A stretch of 64,000 bases of DNA from Camelus ferus (GCF_009834535.1 NC_045697.1:46936001-47000000), one strand, 5' to 3'. Shown: positions 36,831 to 50,989, counted from the stretch's first letter. The notes: a model not told the origin generated them from the letters alone. A program made the numbers and translations.

Positions 36831-39800
36831 AAAAAGTAAATAAAATGGATTTTCAAGTGCATAATTTTGCCATCTACAAATTTATGACCAAATTAAATTA
36901 TGACTACATGATGGGCAAATGTAGGAGAGTCATCTTCATTATTTGGACATTCATACTGTCATAATTGGCAGGAAATATGGTTCCCTACTTGATGGAAAAA
37001 CAGAATGCTCAGAAATGTACCAGAGTTTACTATTACACATTATATAATTGCTATTATACATTCTGTAAGTGCTGAATCTAGCAATTAAATGACATAGCAG
37101 AATGTAGACTTGGAGCATATCATCTAATGTCTATACAGATAAAATATATCCAGAGAGTGGAATTCTATGTCTAAAATCCCTCCTGTACTATAAAGCATGT
37201 CAGTTTGCTTTATGTCTTTCCTTAGGGAGAGTAAGATGTCTACCAAAGCAGAGATCAGTTTAGTTCTCTGAATGTAAGTAAAAACAGGACAGAGCAACAA
37301 ATCAAATAACTGACTCCTTAGGATGCAGTGTACTCGGGTCCTCTACCTCATACTGCTACTTTAACAAATGTATAAATCCCCATCACAATTCATTTAATCT
37401 TCAAAATCATCCTATGCATTTTTCCCAAGAGGATTAACATTGCAAGGTACTAGGTCACTGTGCTTAGCTATCCTAAAACATAAAAAGATTTTAAATTGCT
37501 TACAATTAACAATCTCATTTTCCCAGAATAAGAAAGGACTATGTTTTTTAAATTATGTACTTGTGGAAGATTATGAATTTGTCCTCTAAGTGTTGTAGAT
37601 TCAAGTTATCTAAAATTGGGGGTATTAGCCAACTGGGGCTGTTTCTCCAACTCTTTTACACTCTGACGTGGATACTGTAGGAGCAGCAGGTATATGATGT
37701 GGGGGAGAGAGCCAGGCTTCCTTTTCACAAGCACCGCATGTTGGCCAGAGGGGTTTAGCCCTTGTAACTATCAAAAAATCCCCAAACATAACACTCTAAT
37801 AGTACCTAATATCATGTGGAAAATTTTGAAACACATTCACTGTTCTAGATATTCTGCAATATTAACCAAAACCACAATTTTTAATCAACATGGAAAATAT
37901 AATCATACTACCCTGCCCAAGTAATTATGGGTCCCATTGCCCCCAAATAGTTTAGTTAAGCTATAGGTTTGCTTATTCTCCATTCTTTTTTTCCCCCTCC
38001 TCTCCCGCTGTCAGCAATTTTGCCTTCAAGGTCCACATAGTTTCTTGTCCTTTCAAAATCTCTGATTCCAACATCTTCTGAGGAAAGAGATTTTTTCCCC
38101 ATATTTCAGGAAGTTTAAGGCAATAAAGGAAGAAGCTGAGGAGCAGAACACTGGCAGGGAAATTGTAATGTTCATCTATACCTTATGCTTTTAATTATAC
38201 ATACAGCACATAATTCAGATTAATCCAATGCTTTAGAAACCATAACTTCACCTTTAAAAAAAGTTATAGTTACTTACTTCTCTTACTCAAATACACAGAA
38301 ATAAAACTCTCATAGAGTTAATCACTTGATTCCCCCTCAACACACACAGAGGTACATAAATGATCAAAATATTTAAATCTTAAATGTATTGACTTCTTCA
38401 TGTTCATAAAAGATTTTCTCAGTAATCTGACGATGGTACTTTGGTAGATTACTTTCTCAGTAATCTGATGATGGTACATCTGCCATTTGAAGTGTCATTG
38501 CCATGAGCAGAGAGGTGGTACATTAACATATGCTATACAATAAATGCCTTTCTCAGCTTCATTTCCTCAGAGAATGCTTTTAAGGTGTGACACTTACAGA
38601 ACTCAGCAGAATGCAGCAAAAGCCCTATTGAAAGTTCGCATGGAAGCCAAAACATCCAGACAAGCAGAGGAGGGAGGTCAGGTGTAATGCAGCTGGCGAG
38701 GGGCTCAGGAGCTGAGTGAGTGCCCCCACCAGCACTGTCAGGCAGAAAGGCCTTCCAGCATTGCTGTAAAAACGGGAAGACATAAGTGAGGGAGGAAACA
38801 GGGGAGAAATTGTATTAATGCCCAGGGAAAAGAACTCAGAAAGAAAATGGCTAAACCAAGGCTTCAAGTGTGACAGAATATTTCTCTGCAAGAAGCATGT
38901 CTTCATCCTCTACCTCAGACTATGATATCTCTAGCTACATAGCTAGTGGTTCAAAATTCATTTCAGCCTAATAATGCAAAGAAGAAAGCGTAAAAAAATC
39001 ACTGAAACTTATCGATGACTCAAATTTTGTCATTCAGATTCTTAACAGATACACAAGCAATTATCATGGAAATACAATGCACCACTGTTTGAATTCCCCT
39101 CTCTTACTTATGACCTGCTCTACCATTGATCAATATTTTTCATATTTATTCTTAATTACCTCTACTCCAAGTTCATGAGGTTAAATTCCCATTAGTATAG
39201 TTGCATTAAATTACCAGACTATATTAATTTAAAATATCTAAAATTAAATGACCAAAGTTAAAAACCAGCCTAACTGAATAGTTAACAGAGATCCATTTTC
39301 TGTGAATACTTGTAATTAAAATTGAAGCAAACTTTGAAAAATTTCCAGTGTTAAATTTGCCATTCACGTTTGGGAAATAGCAATTTGGCTAAGGAAAACA
39401 ATACAGTAACAGGGAGAAAGTAGAAGGTATAAAGGTCTAAAAGCTGTAACTGCATTAGTGAGTGGTCATCACTAATACATTATATATGATTATATAATAA
39501 CTATATATGACTACTGAAATATTAGGCAAAAGTAAATCAAAGTCTCTCCAAAAACATATTGCCAATAGTCAGATATATGACTGTTAATAGTCTATAAGAA
39601 AATTTTGGTCAATGAAATTTTGAGCTTCAATAAAGTATATTCTTCAGTTCCAAATAAACAGAAAAAAATGTTTTCCAAAATTCAAAAGTTAGATAAAATA
39701 TGCTTTAAAGGAAACATTTAATAAATATTTCTTTAATGGAATTGTTGTATAACATTAGCAACATTCAGTCAAAATCAAGCACCACATAGTTTTATTTATT

Positions 39801-41099
39801 TTTGTTTGTAGCTTTTCTGCCATTTTTAGGGATTTGAGTAGGGATGGAAAACTGCAATAGCTCAGTCTTCCATTGTAACCCAAGATCCATAAAAACCACT
39901 TAATCACTAAAAAAGAAGTTTTAAAAATCATTTTATTAGCAATTCTTTATATAATTTATAAAATCCTCATTCTTTAAAGATACCAAATGCCTATATAATT
40001 TAAGCTTGCAGCATGAAGTATAAAGTTGGATACCCAAATAAATTGTGTGGAGTAGCCTTAGAGGAAAATATTAAAACTTATATACTTAGTTCTTATTTTA
40101 AGGCTCTCCCTAGGTTAATAATATACCCCTACAGTTGTTAAAACATTTCATACTTTTTTTCTTCCTCTCTCTCCCGTGGAGGTCTATATTTTTATAAAAT
40201 GGCAGCCAACATAAATGATATATGATCATAAATAAAGTGATTTCACAAGTAGCACATGGAAATTACTTTATACCTGTAGACTTGTTGGGCATTACATTTA
40301 GGACAGATGGCTTCTCTAGGCCTAGTATCTCCAGGGATAACATAATTAGTTGGATTAGAATTCTATATGTCCATTCTTATACATCAAAAAAAAAAAACCA
40401 AACATAAAAATGGTCTACAACTTTAACTGAAGGAGAAGTACATGGACCTTACACTGCTCTCACATGCTGATTTGCCTGACCATGTGTCTTATGTCAACAT
40501 GAATTATTTATATTAAAAGGACTTTAAGATGCAAGATTCATCATCACGATGCAAGAAGATAAAATGCATTCATGTTCCCATGGATTATTTTCATGTTTAC
40601 CAATGTGTTCTTAAAGGACACTACTACATCACTTAGTCAGTGAACTAAATTGAAAAAAAGAGTTCTGATCTGTGTCCTTCCCAGAATATCCCTTTGACTA
40701 AGGTAAAGCCATTTGTCTTTCTATTTCTTCACCTAGAAAAAGATAAAGGACTTTTTGAAAAGTCGAGGCCTTTTGCCTGAGCAGGAATACTGAGAAGATC
40801 CACCAGAAAAAGACAAAGGGCCAAGTAGAAGCTTCTGAGAAGGTGAGGCACCAAGTAGATATGAAGGCCCAATGTCATGAATTCCAAAAAACATGCCAGT
40901 AGCTTTTTGGCTCAAGAATAGTTTTAGAATAAGTTAAAATGATTCATAAAATAATGACTGACAATTGTTAAAAATCCCATTGAAAATAAACTCTATTCTA
41001 AATATATTTTCAGTAGTTGTTCTAATATTAATAATTTATATGTATCAACATTAATAAAATTATTTTTATTTTTGAAATAGCTATTTAAAAAAAATAAAT

Positions 41100-41620
41100 C
41101 TTACTATGCTATTTGCATTAGTAAAGATGCAATGTGGTATGGCAGGGAAAAAAATTATGAAATACATTGGAATAATGTTATCATGAAATGTGTAGAACTT
41201 ATATGAAGAAAGAGAAGTATAAAAGATAGCATGGATAAATGAAGATAATTCCTATTTTCCAAAATGGTAACACTGAAATTATAAAGTTGATAATTCTACC
41301 CAAAGCAATCTATGCACCTAATATACTCAAGGTCAAAATGCCAATGGGATTTATGTACTTTTTTTAGAAGAAGACAAAATTATGTTAAAGACTAAATTAA
41401 AAAAAAAAACTATTGAAAAGGAAGTGTGATGAGGAATTAATAAGCTTATGAAGTGTTAAAACATGGTACAAAGTCATAATAATAATTAAGTTAGTGTGAT
41501 ATTGACAGAGGAATGGACAAATAAATCAAAGGAATAAAACAACGGCTGTGAAGTATTCTGTTTGTGGAAAATGTGGCAATACAAACCAATGAGGGATTGC
41601 TAACTTATAAATCATAGTGC
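41100..41620 (+). mobile_element. Highly diverged L1 (L1ME-like) ORF2 fragment
   Basis: ataaagttgataattctacccaaagcaatctatgcacctaatatactc resembles the KMXILPKXIYRFN region. Confidence 0.55.
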
Positions 41621-41904
41621 TTACCGCCAGACATATCTGTGAGTTTAAAAAAACACGTCAGAGACAAGAGTTCACTGTCTGCATTTCCCTGGACTTATGT
41701 GACTAGACCCCTCTCGTCACTTTACATGAAAGCCTTTTATTCTTCATGGAGGAATCGTTCTTATTACAGAATTATTATGATCTTGTCTTAACATCTCTGA
41801 TCATAATTTAAAAGAAAAAGATTGTAGACTTGTTTTCAGTACTTATGTGATTAGTGCCATTATTCCATTTGCAAATGCCCGTCTGATTTTTTTTTTAATC
41901 ATGA

Positions 41905-41980
41905 AGAATGAGGAGGAAGAGGAAGATCAAGAGGATGAGGAGGAGAAAAGATGGAGAGGGAGGGATAGAAGGAAGGAAAT
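41905..41980. repeat. Purine-rich (GAG/GAA)n low-complexity tract
   Basis: Directly visible. Confidence 0.85.
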
Positions 41981-42784
41981 AAATAAGAGCAAACACATCC
42001 ACTGCCTTTTATTTGGTTCATCATGTTTCTTAAAAACTTTTATAATGAAAACTCTCAAAGAGAGATCACTTTAAAATTACTCTTGTGTTTTTGAAAAGAC
42101 CACGATGGTTCATTCTGTTACAGACACATTTTATTTGTTACTGCATAAAACATCGGCTTTAGTTGTGCTACCCTACTTTCAGAAGAACTAAAAATGATAC
42201 TTAATTTTTTACAATTTCCACAGAGAACATAATTTCTAGGAATAGATCAGAAAGTCAAAGTTCTACATTAGCAGTTGTGTGAACCTTGAAATAAGAATAA
42301 ATCTGGGTTATAGTTTCAAGAGTTTCTACTTTTAATATTAAAACAGTAAGAAAACATATAAATAATACCTAAAATCAAGTCTTTGTATTGAATATAATCT
42401 TATATGGGTTAAAAAGTACATCAGTCATTACTGATAGAGCATTGGATGCTTTTAAAGTGTTGCAGTAATTATTATTGACATACCTAGAGAAAATATCCAG
42501 TACATAGATTTTATGTGTTTTTTAAAAATAGCCTTCGATTCACCTGATAAATTATTTATAGAACTTTACAATATGAAGAAAAGACTTATGTCATTATTTA
42601 AGCTCTGCTATAAAATAACTACAAATGCAACACAGGTAGAAATATTGTCAGTACAAAAATCCTAATAATAAAAGATTTTATCATTAAATCTTTTTGCAAA
42701 TTCAAGATGAATGATGATGAACTGTGTGTATTGCTAATAAATCAGAGTTGCCCATTACGTTATCTGAATCCACAAGTCTTCTTT

Positions 42785-43325
42785 TGTTACTCCAATAAGT
42801 AAAGAGGAAAGACTCCAGTTCTTGTCATACCCGAAAGATAAAATGACAATTGGGAGATGGTGTGCTGTGTAGCGAAAGATTTTAAAAGATTTATTTAGAA
42901 AAGAAAAAGTACACCTCCAAGAATGAGAGGCAAGCTGATCCAAGGGAGGAAAAGCAGCGGGTTTTGTCTCCCCTTCTCTTATATCCTCGCTTAGAGGTGG
43001 TCTTTTGATTGATGGCTCTTGTCCCTGGAATGCTTAGTCATGTTTGGCCCCTTTGCACATGTCCTTACCCATGATGTACACAGAAAAACCCATGGAAGGG
43101 GGCCTAAAACACAATGTTAATTATAATACAATGAACTTTGGGTCATGTCCAGTTAAGTCCTTTCTGCTACTGTGCAGACGTGGCTGTCAGGTTCTAACTG
43201 GTTTCTTGCTGGCACTCATTTAGAAGCCCCTTTATGCTAGAGGTGGGCATAATGCCATCTTCCAGACCATCCTCCCTCTCCTCCATCTATCTGCCCAGTG
43301 CCCCAACTTATCTAACTACCTGACA
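42785..43325 (-). mobile_element. ERV1-like solo LTR, copy B, with 4-bp TSD
   Basis: TGTTAC...TGACA termini; CTTT duplicated at 42781-42784 and 43326-43329; reverse complement of 30463-31011. Confidence 0.92.
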
Positions 43326-43369
43326 CTTTGATAGCAACAAGCCATGGCTTTCTACTTTCAATAAAATTC

Positions 43370-44500
43370 ATAGGGAAAAAACTTAGTAAGCTTTTCATCT
43401 ATTGTATTTCCATCAGCCTTATGTGCCAATAGCTACACTCACAGTTCTTTTTAGTCCTATTTCTTAATATTACTATATTCCTTTAATTCCCCATGTTCTT
43501 CCAACTTAATTATTGGTATCTTGAATCTGTCAAGCTTGAGGGGGAAAGCCATACCCTTAAATCATTTTTTCCATTTTTAATGATTAAAGGGTATCACACC
43601 TTCAACTGGAAGTTTATGCTGAGATATCTTAATCCATTCAGAAGTTCAAAGCAATTTAAAGAGCTCTATACCTTAATTTGCTCATTGTCACAAGGCTGAA
43701 TTTTAATCAGCTCTTATAACTCAAAATCCTTCCCAGTTTTATGTTTTACTGGTTGGAAACAGTTAACTCTTCAATTCTACAAGACCTTGAATTCATGTAC
43801 TCCAGTTCTACTTTTCTACTTTCAGGTTAATTCTTTTCTGACCTTGTCTATTTCATATAATTCCTTATCAAGTGTAGCCACCATCAACCAACACATACTG
43901 CTAAAGCTTTGCTCTTTAATGACTTGCCCTAAAGCTTACAAGTCCATTAGATATATTATCTTGTTTTCACATCTTCATAAACAACTTCACTAAATCTTTT
44001 GCCACCATATAACATAGACTGCCATCCTTCCAGCATCCAAAAATAGTTTCTTCACTGCCTCCCTTCATTGCTAGGCCAGTGTCACATATTTCAGACTATG
44101 ACAACATCTCTCTTAGGGAACGATTTTTGTATCTGTCAGAAAAGGCTAAATATACTGCAGTAACAAACAAAAATCATATGTTTTATCACATAAAAGTCTA
44201 CTTCATGTTCAAGGAGGTTCGGCAATAGTTCTCTGATCATCACAGTCTCTCAAGGACCCAGAATGATAGAGATTTAAATTTGACAGACACGTTTAAAATT
44301 TCTGCCACAGGAAGAAAGTAACATGGCAAACCATGCACAAGTTCTTAAGATTTTTCACAAGGAAATGACACACATGACTAGCCTAGAGCAACTTAATGTG
44401 ATTATGCCTAGTATCAAGGGGACAGGTTAATGCTCTCTTACTATTCATGCAAAAAGACAAGGGCTGGATATATTTGCTGATCAGCAATAATAATTTCCAA
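43370..44500 (-). mobile_element. MLT1J-like MaLR LTR (~44128-44500) plus adjacent internal sequence
   Basis: tgtatctgtcagaaaaggctaaatatactgcagtaacaaac is an MLT1J-like end; preceded by internal-like tttgccaccatataacatagactgccatcc...gccagtgtcacatatttc. Confidence 0.65.
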
Positions 44501-46419
44501 AGGTATCTGAAAGAGAAGAGCAGCCTTAAATAATTGTTTGCTTTTTCTTGATTATTGTTGTAATTTTGCAAATACAATACTTATAAAGTATGTAAATATA
44601 AAAAAGGTGAAGTGGCAAAAACAATACTGAATTCCTGAAAAAAGGTATGTATACTAGTGTAAGACGCTCAAGTTATTAACTTAAATTGTCAAATCAAATC
44701 ACAAGTTCAGAACAATAAACAGAAAACTTAATCTCAAGGTTTTTTGAATAATTAATATAACCCGACATCTCTATCTAAAACATAATGATAGTCAATAATG
44801 TGGAAGAACAAAATATATCAAATTATTTACTGAACAAAGATGAAGTGAATTGTTTCCATATAATTCTTTCAAATACTTATTTAGAATACCCTTAGATAAT
44901 ATACTACCATTTACACAGCATTCAATCAGTAACTTAATTACAAATATGTAGGTATATTCTTTAGTGTTTTCATAAATAAAATTTTCTACAGGGTAGTAAT
45001 TACTTGTATATATCTTTTATCTATTTCTGTGAAGATTATAAGTCACACACAAAGCAACGTGCAACTAACTAATCTCAAATTTTTGAGGGTTCCTCATCAT
45101 GTCATTTTTAATAGCTATTAGTGGCAATAAATTCTTTACTTATTTGAACTATTAGACTTCAAAACAATGAGGCATACTATAGCTACATACAGTAAACAAA
45201 TACTTAAAATTCTTTTAAAAATATTACATTACCATATCTTACAAGTCTTGCTTGAAAAATATCTTGAAATTCTAACAAATTACAATTAAAAAGCAAGACA
45301 TCTGTATCTTAAATTTTAAAAGGTTTTATATAAAAATAAAAAATGTTTAAGCAGGGAAAGATTTCAAGCAACAGTGTTTAATTTTCTACCAAAACAACAA
45401 AGATAAAATATGGATATTATATATCTACTCAGCTGGTGAAGAAGAAATAAACTATCTATACCTTTTTAAAAAGTCTCCTTATAAAATTTACATCAAATGA
45501 AATGCTCAGGTTTAGGAATCTTAAGTAAACTGGCCTCTTTTCATGTACTGTAATTAGAGTAAATTGGAGAGAGCTAAAATAAGTATCGACTTTTCAGTCA
45601 ACATCCCCAAGGTCTTGGAGTTAGTTCTCTGGGCAGGCAAAGTTCCTGCTCACAATAAGTTTATAACCAGATGAGTGAATGAGACTGGAAAATGCAAACA
45701 ATAAAAATAAGAAGATACTGCTTATAAATACATTTCAAATAAAGAGTAGAAAAGTCAAGTATCATAGAAAAAAGTTTAGAGAAAGACCAAAGATAGTAGA
45801 TGGTATGTACCTGAGAAATCAAAGTGGGGAATTTGCCAATTAATCTGAACTCTAAACTCTGTTCTGAGTAACTAAATTCAAATAACCTTTTACTTCAATT
45901 TCCAGTTTTTTACTCTTACTTTCTTTTGGAAAGAATTATAATTCAAAATGTTCTTGATTGCATACAATTAACTTGTTTATAAATATGAAATTTTAAAGCA
46001 ATACATGGTATTTAAATAAGCAGTTTTGTGAAGATTGGATGAATGTGGGAAAAATGTATTTGTATCTATCTCAACTTCTATTTTCAATTCTTATGAAATT
46101 ACAGGAAAAAAGGAACAAATAAACATTTCTGGAAAATGATAAAGGATGCCATGAGATAAAGAATAGTGAATTCTTTAAACACAGAAAGAATATATTCCTG
46201 GATTAACAGAGAATAACACCATAGAACACCACTATGTACAACTTGCTGGAGAGGGTAAATGATTGTGGAATGATATGGTCAGGCAAACACTCCACAGATA
46301 ATATTTATAAAAATTGGATAAAATAAATTAAAGAGCAATTATTTAAATATGCCATAAAGCATTCAAACGCAGAAAGAAGGAAGAGAGTTTAGCCTTTTAA
46401 AATTTGTAACTGACTTTGA

Positions 46420-49400
46420 GTTTTTGAGCCAAAAGTACTACTATAAGAAATGTTAAAGGAAGTTTTTTAATCTGAAAGTAAATGACAGTAGATGACAACT
46501 CAGATCTACAGGAAAGAATGAAGAGCATCAGAAATAGTAAAAGTATGGGTAAATATAAAACTTTTTTCTTTTCTCTTGCTTTTTTGGTAAGTTATAAGGC
46601 AAAAAAGTATCACATGTTACTTGTTGCTTTATGGGGTAAATATACACATGACAATAGTCTTAAGAAGGGGACAAACTGGAAATATATACTGTTACAAGGC
46701 TCCTATATTTTACAAGAAATAATTTTAAATTATCTCTAAGTAGACTGGGTATAAACTACATATTTTAACGTTTGTGGCAACCACTAAAAAGATGCAGAGA
46801 TATAAATAGAAAGCAAACAAAAGTATACAAATAGTATTTTTAAATATATTTGATTAATTTTTAAAAGGCAAAAAATTTTTAAAGAAAAGAAAAGCTTTGA
46901 TGGGGAAATTTTTAAGTGAAAGTGAAAAAAAGCAGCTCTAAATGTAATCATATCAATAATTACATAAAATATAAAAGATTTGAATCAATAGCCAGAGACT
47001 GTCACATAGATGTAAATGAGTATCTTCTACATACAAACCTTAAAAAGAAAATACAAATACTAAAAGTGAAAGTTGCCTAAATATTTGTAAACAACAAAAA
47101 CAACTGAATATTAATATAATAAATAAATTTCAAGACACGTATTTTTAGAGACAGTGAGGGATATTTCATCAATACAAAAGTCAATATATCAAGAAGATAA
47201 AACAATTATAAATATACTTGACTCAATAAAAGAGCTTCAAAACATATGAAGTAAAGACTGGAAAAAAAAAAGACAAATTTACAATCTTAGCTGAGGACTT
47301 TAACACACATTTCTCAATGATCAGTAGACATAACTATAATAATGTAGATCTGAACAACACTGTCAGTCACCTTAAACTACATGACATTTAAAAACACTAT
47401 AATGCTACAACTTCAGATTATATAGTCTTTTCAAGTCCACATGGAATATTAACCAAGACTGATCATATGCTGGACCAGAAAATTAGTCTCAATATAGTTT
47501 AAAAGATGAAAGTCTTAGGGTATTTTATTTGGCCAAAACTTAAATTGGAAATTAGCAAAAATAAAACATCTAGAAAACCCAAACTATGTCAAGTTAAATA
47601 ACTTACTTCTCAGCAATCCTTAAATCAAGGAAGAAATCACAAAAGACATTAGGAAACATTTTGAAGTGGATCATATTGAATCTGCTACGAATCAATATTT
47701 GAGAAATGCAGCTAAAGCAGTGTTTAGAGATTTATACATAAAATGCTCAAGTATTAGAAAAGAGAAAAGGTTTAGATCAAAGTTTAAATCAAATCAAAGA
47801 TCTTGGCTACTGCACTAAGAAATGAGAAAAAGAGGAAATTAAACCCAAAATGATGAGCTAAGGGAATAATTAAGAGTAAAAGTCAATCAAATATAAAACA
47901 AAAATAGAGAAAAACCAATGAAGCCAAAAGCTGATCTTTGAAAAGATCAATAATAAAACTAAATAATTCTATGTAGATTTATTAGGAAAAATAGAGAGAA
48001 CATTTAAATTACCAATATCAAAATTAAAAGATGCGTAATTCCTAAATACTATATCAATATTAAAAGGATAATGAGGGAACTTCAAGGTTAACATTATCTT
48101 AACAAATTCAACTTAGATAAAATGGATACATAGTTTGAAAGACATCAGTCATCAAAATTCACTCAGGAATAAAAACATAAACTGAGAAACTTGGATCTAT
48201 GAAAAATCTAAATAAGCTCTCCACAATGAAAACAACAGGCCCACATAAATTTATACCCTCCTCAGTGAATCCTACCTAACACTTAAGGAAAAGAAAAAGT
48301 CATACACAAACTCTTCCAGAAAACAGAAGGGGGTCAGGAGAAAACATTTCCCAATTTATTTTATGAAGTCAGCATTATCCTCATAACAAAACCAGAAAAA
48401 GTTATTATTAAAAAAAATTATAGACAAATACTCTTCATGAAAATAGATGTATAATTTCTTTTAAAAATTAAGCAAATTAAATCCAGGAATATATAAAATG
48501 AATAATACATCATGAATAAGTGAGGTTTATCCCAAGAAAACAAGATTGATTTAGTATTTAAAAATCTATTAATGTAACTCAATATATTACCAGGTTTAAA
48601 AAGGGATGAAGGAAAAGCATCTGATAAAACTGAATACCTATTCATGATTAAAAACTCTCAGCAAACTAAGAAAAGAAGGTAATTTCATCAACATAGGGGA
48701 CATCTACAAAAATCCACAGCCAACATCAAAATTAACTTCCCCAAGAATCAGGAATAAGATAAAGATGTTTGCTCTCATCAATTCTATTCAACATTATTTT
48801 GGAGGTGCTAGTTATTACAATAAGAAAAGAAAAAGAAATAAAAGGCATATATATTGGAAAAGAAGAACTATAACATTTATCCCTGTTCCCATGATCATCA
48901 ATGTAGAAAATCTTAAGAAATGTACAGAAAGCTACTTACTAGTGTTAAAATTAAATACAAAATGGAGACCAGACTTGAGAATTCCCTGAGCAGAAAAAAA
49001 CATTTTTGCCACATTAGCAAGCTTAAATCTAGCTTATTTCATCAACACAAGTGAAACTTAACTTAGAGATATTTCTTATAAATGTCTCTGATACTTATTA
49101 AAAAAACTTAAGTCATTTTCTTAAAAATGGTATGAGACAATCACTTTTAACCAGGCCCTTGCTGTCTGGAAACCCTCACTGTAATAACCAATCATTGCAT
49201 AGTGTAAACAACTTTCTCATTTTCACTTTATTAGCGGTACTGTATCTTCATGCCTCTGAGCTTCGTATCAGTTTTACTTTTGAAAGCTCCCAGGTCTAAA
49301 ACTATTATTACATGCATAATAAACTCTTAATATATACCACGTATTGATTTGGTGGTTTAATTTTTCTATTTCTGAATTTTTGACATAAGCAAGGTTGCAA

Positions 49401-49585
49401 GTTATAAGTTCAATATATAAAAATCATTGTATTTCCATTATAGCAATGAATTATTGTGAAATTAAACTGTAATATCCATCAAGAAATATGAAATAACTTG
49501 GGATAAATTTAACAAAATGTGTGCAAGACCTACCCACTGAAAACTACAGGACATTGCTGAGAGAAATTTTTAAAGGCCTAAATAG
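46420..49585 (+). mobile_element. Old LINE-1 (L1M) ORF1 end and degenerate ORF2 (EN to RT)
   Basis: Degenerate EN (GTLTKTDHMLD) and RT-region DNA (ttcccaatttattttatgaagtcagcattatcctcata; caggaataagataaagatgtttgctctc). Confidence 0.85.
48943..49385 (+). mobile_element. MER110/MER89-like ERV1 solo LTR nested in L1 ORF2
   Basis: tgttaaaattaaatacaaaatggagaccagacttgagaattccctgagcag...aataaactc...tttttgaca; L1 ORF2 continues on both sides. Confidence 0.75.
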
Positions 49586-49587
49586 AT

Positions 49588-50710
49588 ACTTCTAGTTTTC
49601 AGTCCCATTTCCAAGAAACTTGGAAGTCACCACTCTGTCCTAACAAGTTAAAAGCTAAACAAACCGAAAAGTCAGCAACTCTTCTCAGGTCTGTAAAAGA
49701 AGTGAGGTCACAGGGCAAACCACTGGCCCCCAAACTAGAGACTCCAAAAAGCAAATACAATCACAGTTTACAGGAGCAGAAACCCCTGAGCTGAAACCAC
49801 AGGAATCAGGGCTGGAGTAGGATAACCTGAACTGTAATTGACAAATTGCTGTAAACTCGGATTAAAAACTCCAGAGGACCCTGTGGTTTCAGAGTGGGGC
49901 ACACTTTGTGAATTTTACCTACAAGAATCTTACCAGGTCCTCAAAGTAAATAATGGGGAAAAAAATCCTGAACTTCCAGCAGGAAGAGTGGAAAAGGAAC
50001 CATTTTGAAGTCAGAACACTCTGTTCTTTTTTTCTTTTTAATAACAAGTCCTGACCTCAGGAGAAACTAGGTAACCAGAGCCCAATCAGCTGGGGTTTTA
50101 TCAGAGCCTAACTGACCTCGGGGAAGTGAAATACTCAACTCCAGTCCAGTCTTGCCGTGCTGTCTCACCTGAGGTTTTGGTGGTGGGGAGTGAGAAGAAT
50201 TTGTGAAGTGTCACAGTCTAGAGGTACAGGATCACTAAAGGACCAAGACCTAATCATAGGACTATATAACACGTCCCCTCTCCCATACTTCACCACCTCA
50301 TTACAAATATGCCTATTTACAGTACTATCAATCAGAAACTTGAAACTACGTAAATGTTAAAAGAAGTCTTTTAGGGAGAAGAAAAATCATATAAATCAGA
50401 AACTTGAAACTACATAAAGAAAAATAAGAGCATCAGAGAAAGAATAAGTGAAGGTAAATTAAAAACTTTTATTTTCTAATTCTTAATTTATCTAACAGAC
50501 AACAGTTTGTTCAAACTAATCATAGTAACAATCTATTCTATTATGTATGTTTACATACATAGATATATATGTATAAGTGAAATGAATGAATGATACAGGG
50601 GATGGGAGGGAGAAATTAAGATTATTTTGTTATAAAGTACTCACACTACCTGTGAGGTGGTATAGTTTTATATGAAAGTAGACTTGGATTAGTTATAAAT
50701 ATATATTGCT
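49588..50710 (+). mobile_element. L1MD-like 5' region joined to the ORF1 end and inter-ORF spacer
   Basis: acttctagttttcagtcc...gaagtgaggtcacagggcaaaccac, then aaatgttaaaagaagtcttttagggagaag. Confidence 0.65.
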
Positions 50711-50989
50711 AGGGTGAGTTTTTTGGACAAGAATTCATCTGGTATACACACTGCATTGAGCCAGGGTCAAGACGTGAGAAGACTTGGCCATGGACTCCAC
50801 CAGAATTTTGCAAAAGTTGATGGGAATTGCGGGGGAGGGGGTTGTCGGGGGCAAGACATTCCAGCTGGGGATTCTCCTGGCATGTTCAGGGACTTTGACT
50901 AGTATATTCTCTGGGACCAGGACTAAGAAGAAATCACATTTGGTTGGGGCCCATGGTGTCAGGGCCAAGGAGATGGCTTATGTGTCTCT

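Noticed and set aside
41847..42074. Acidic-tract ORF (EEEEDQEDEEE)
   Set aside because: Purine-rich low-complexity DNA without exon signals.
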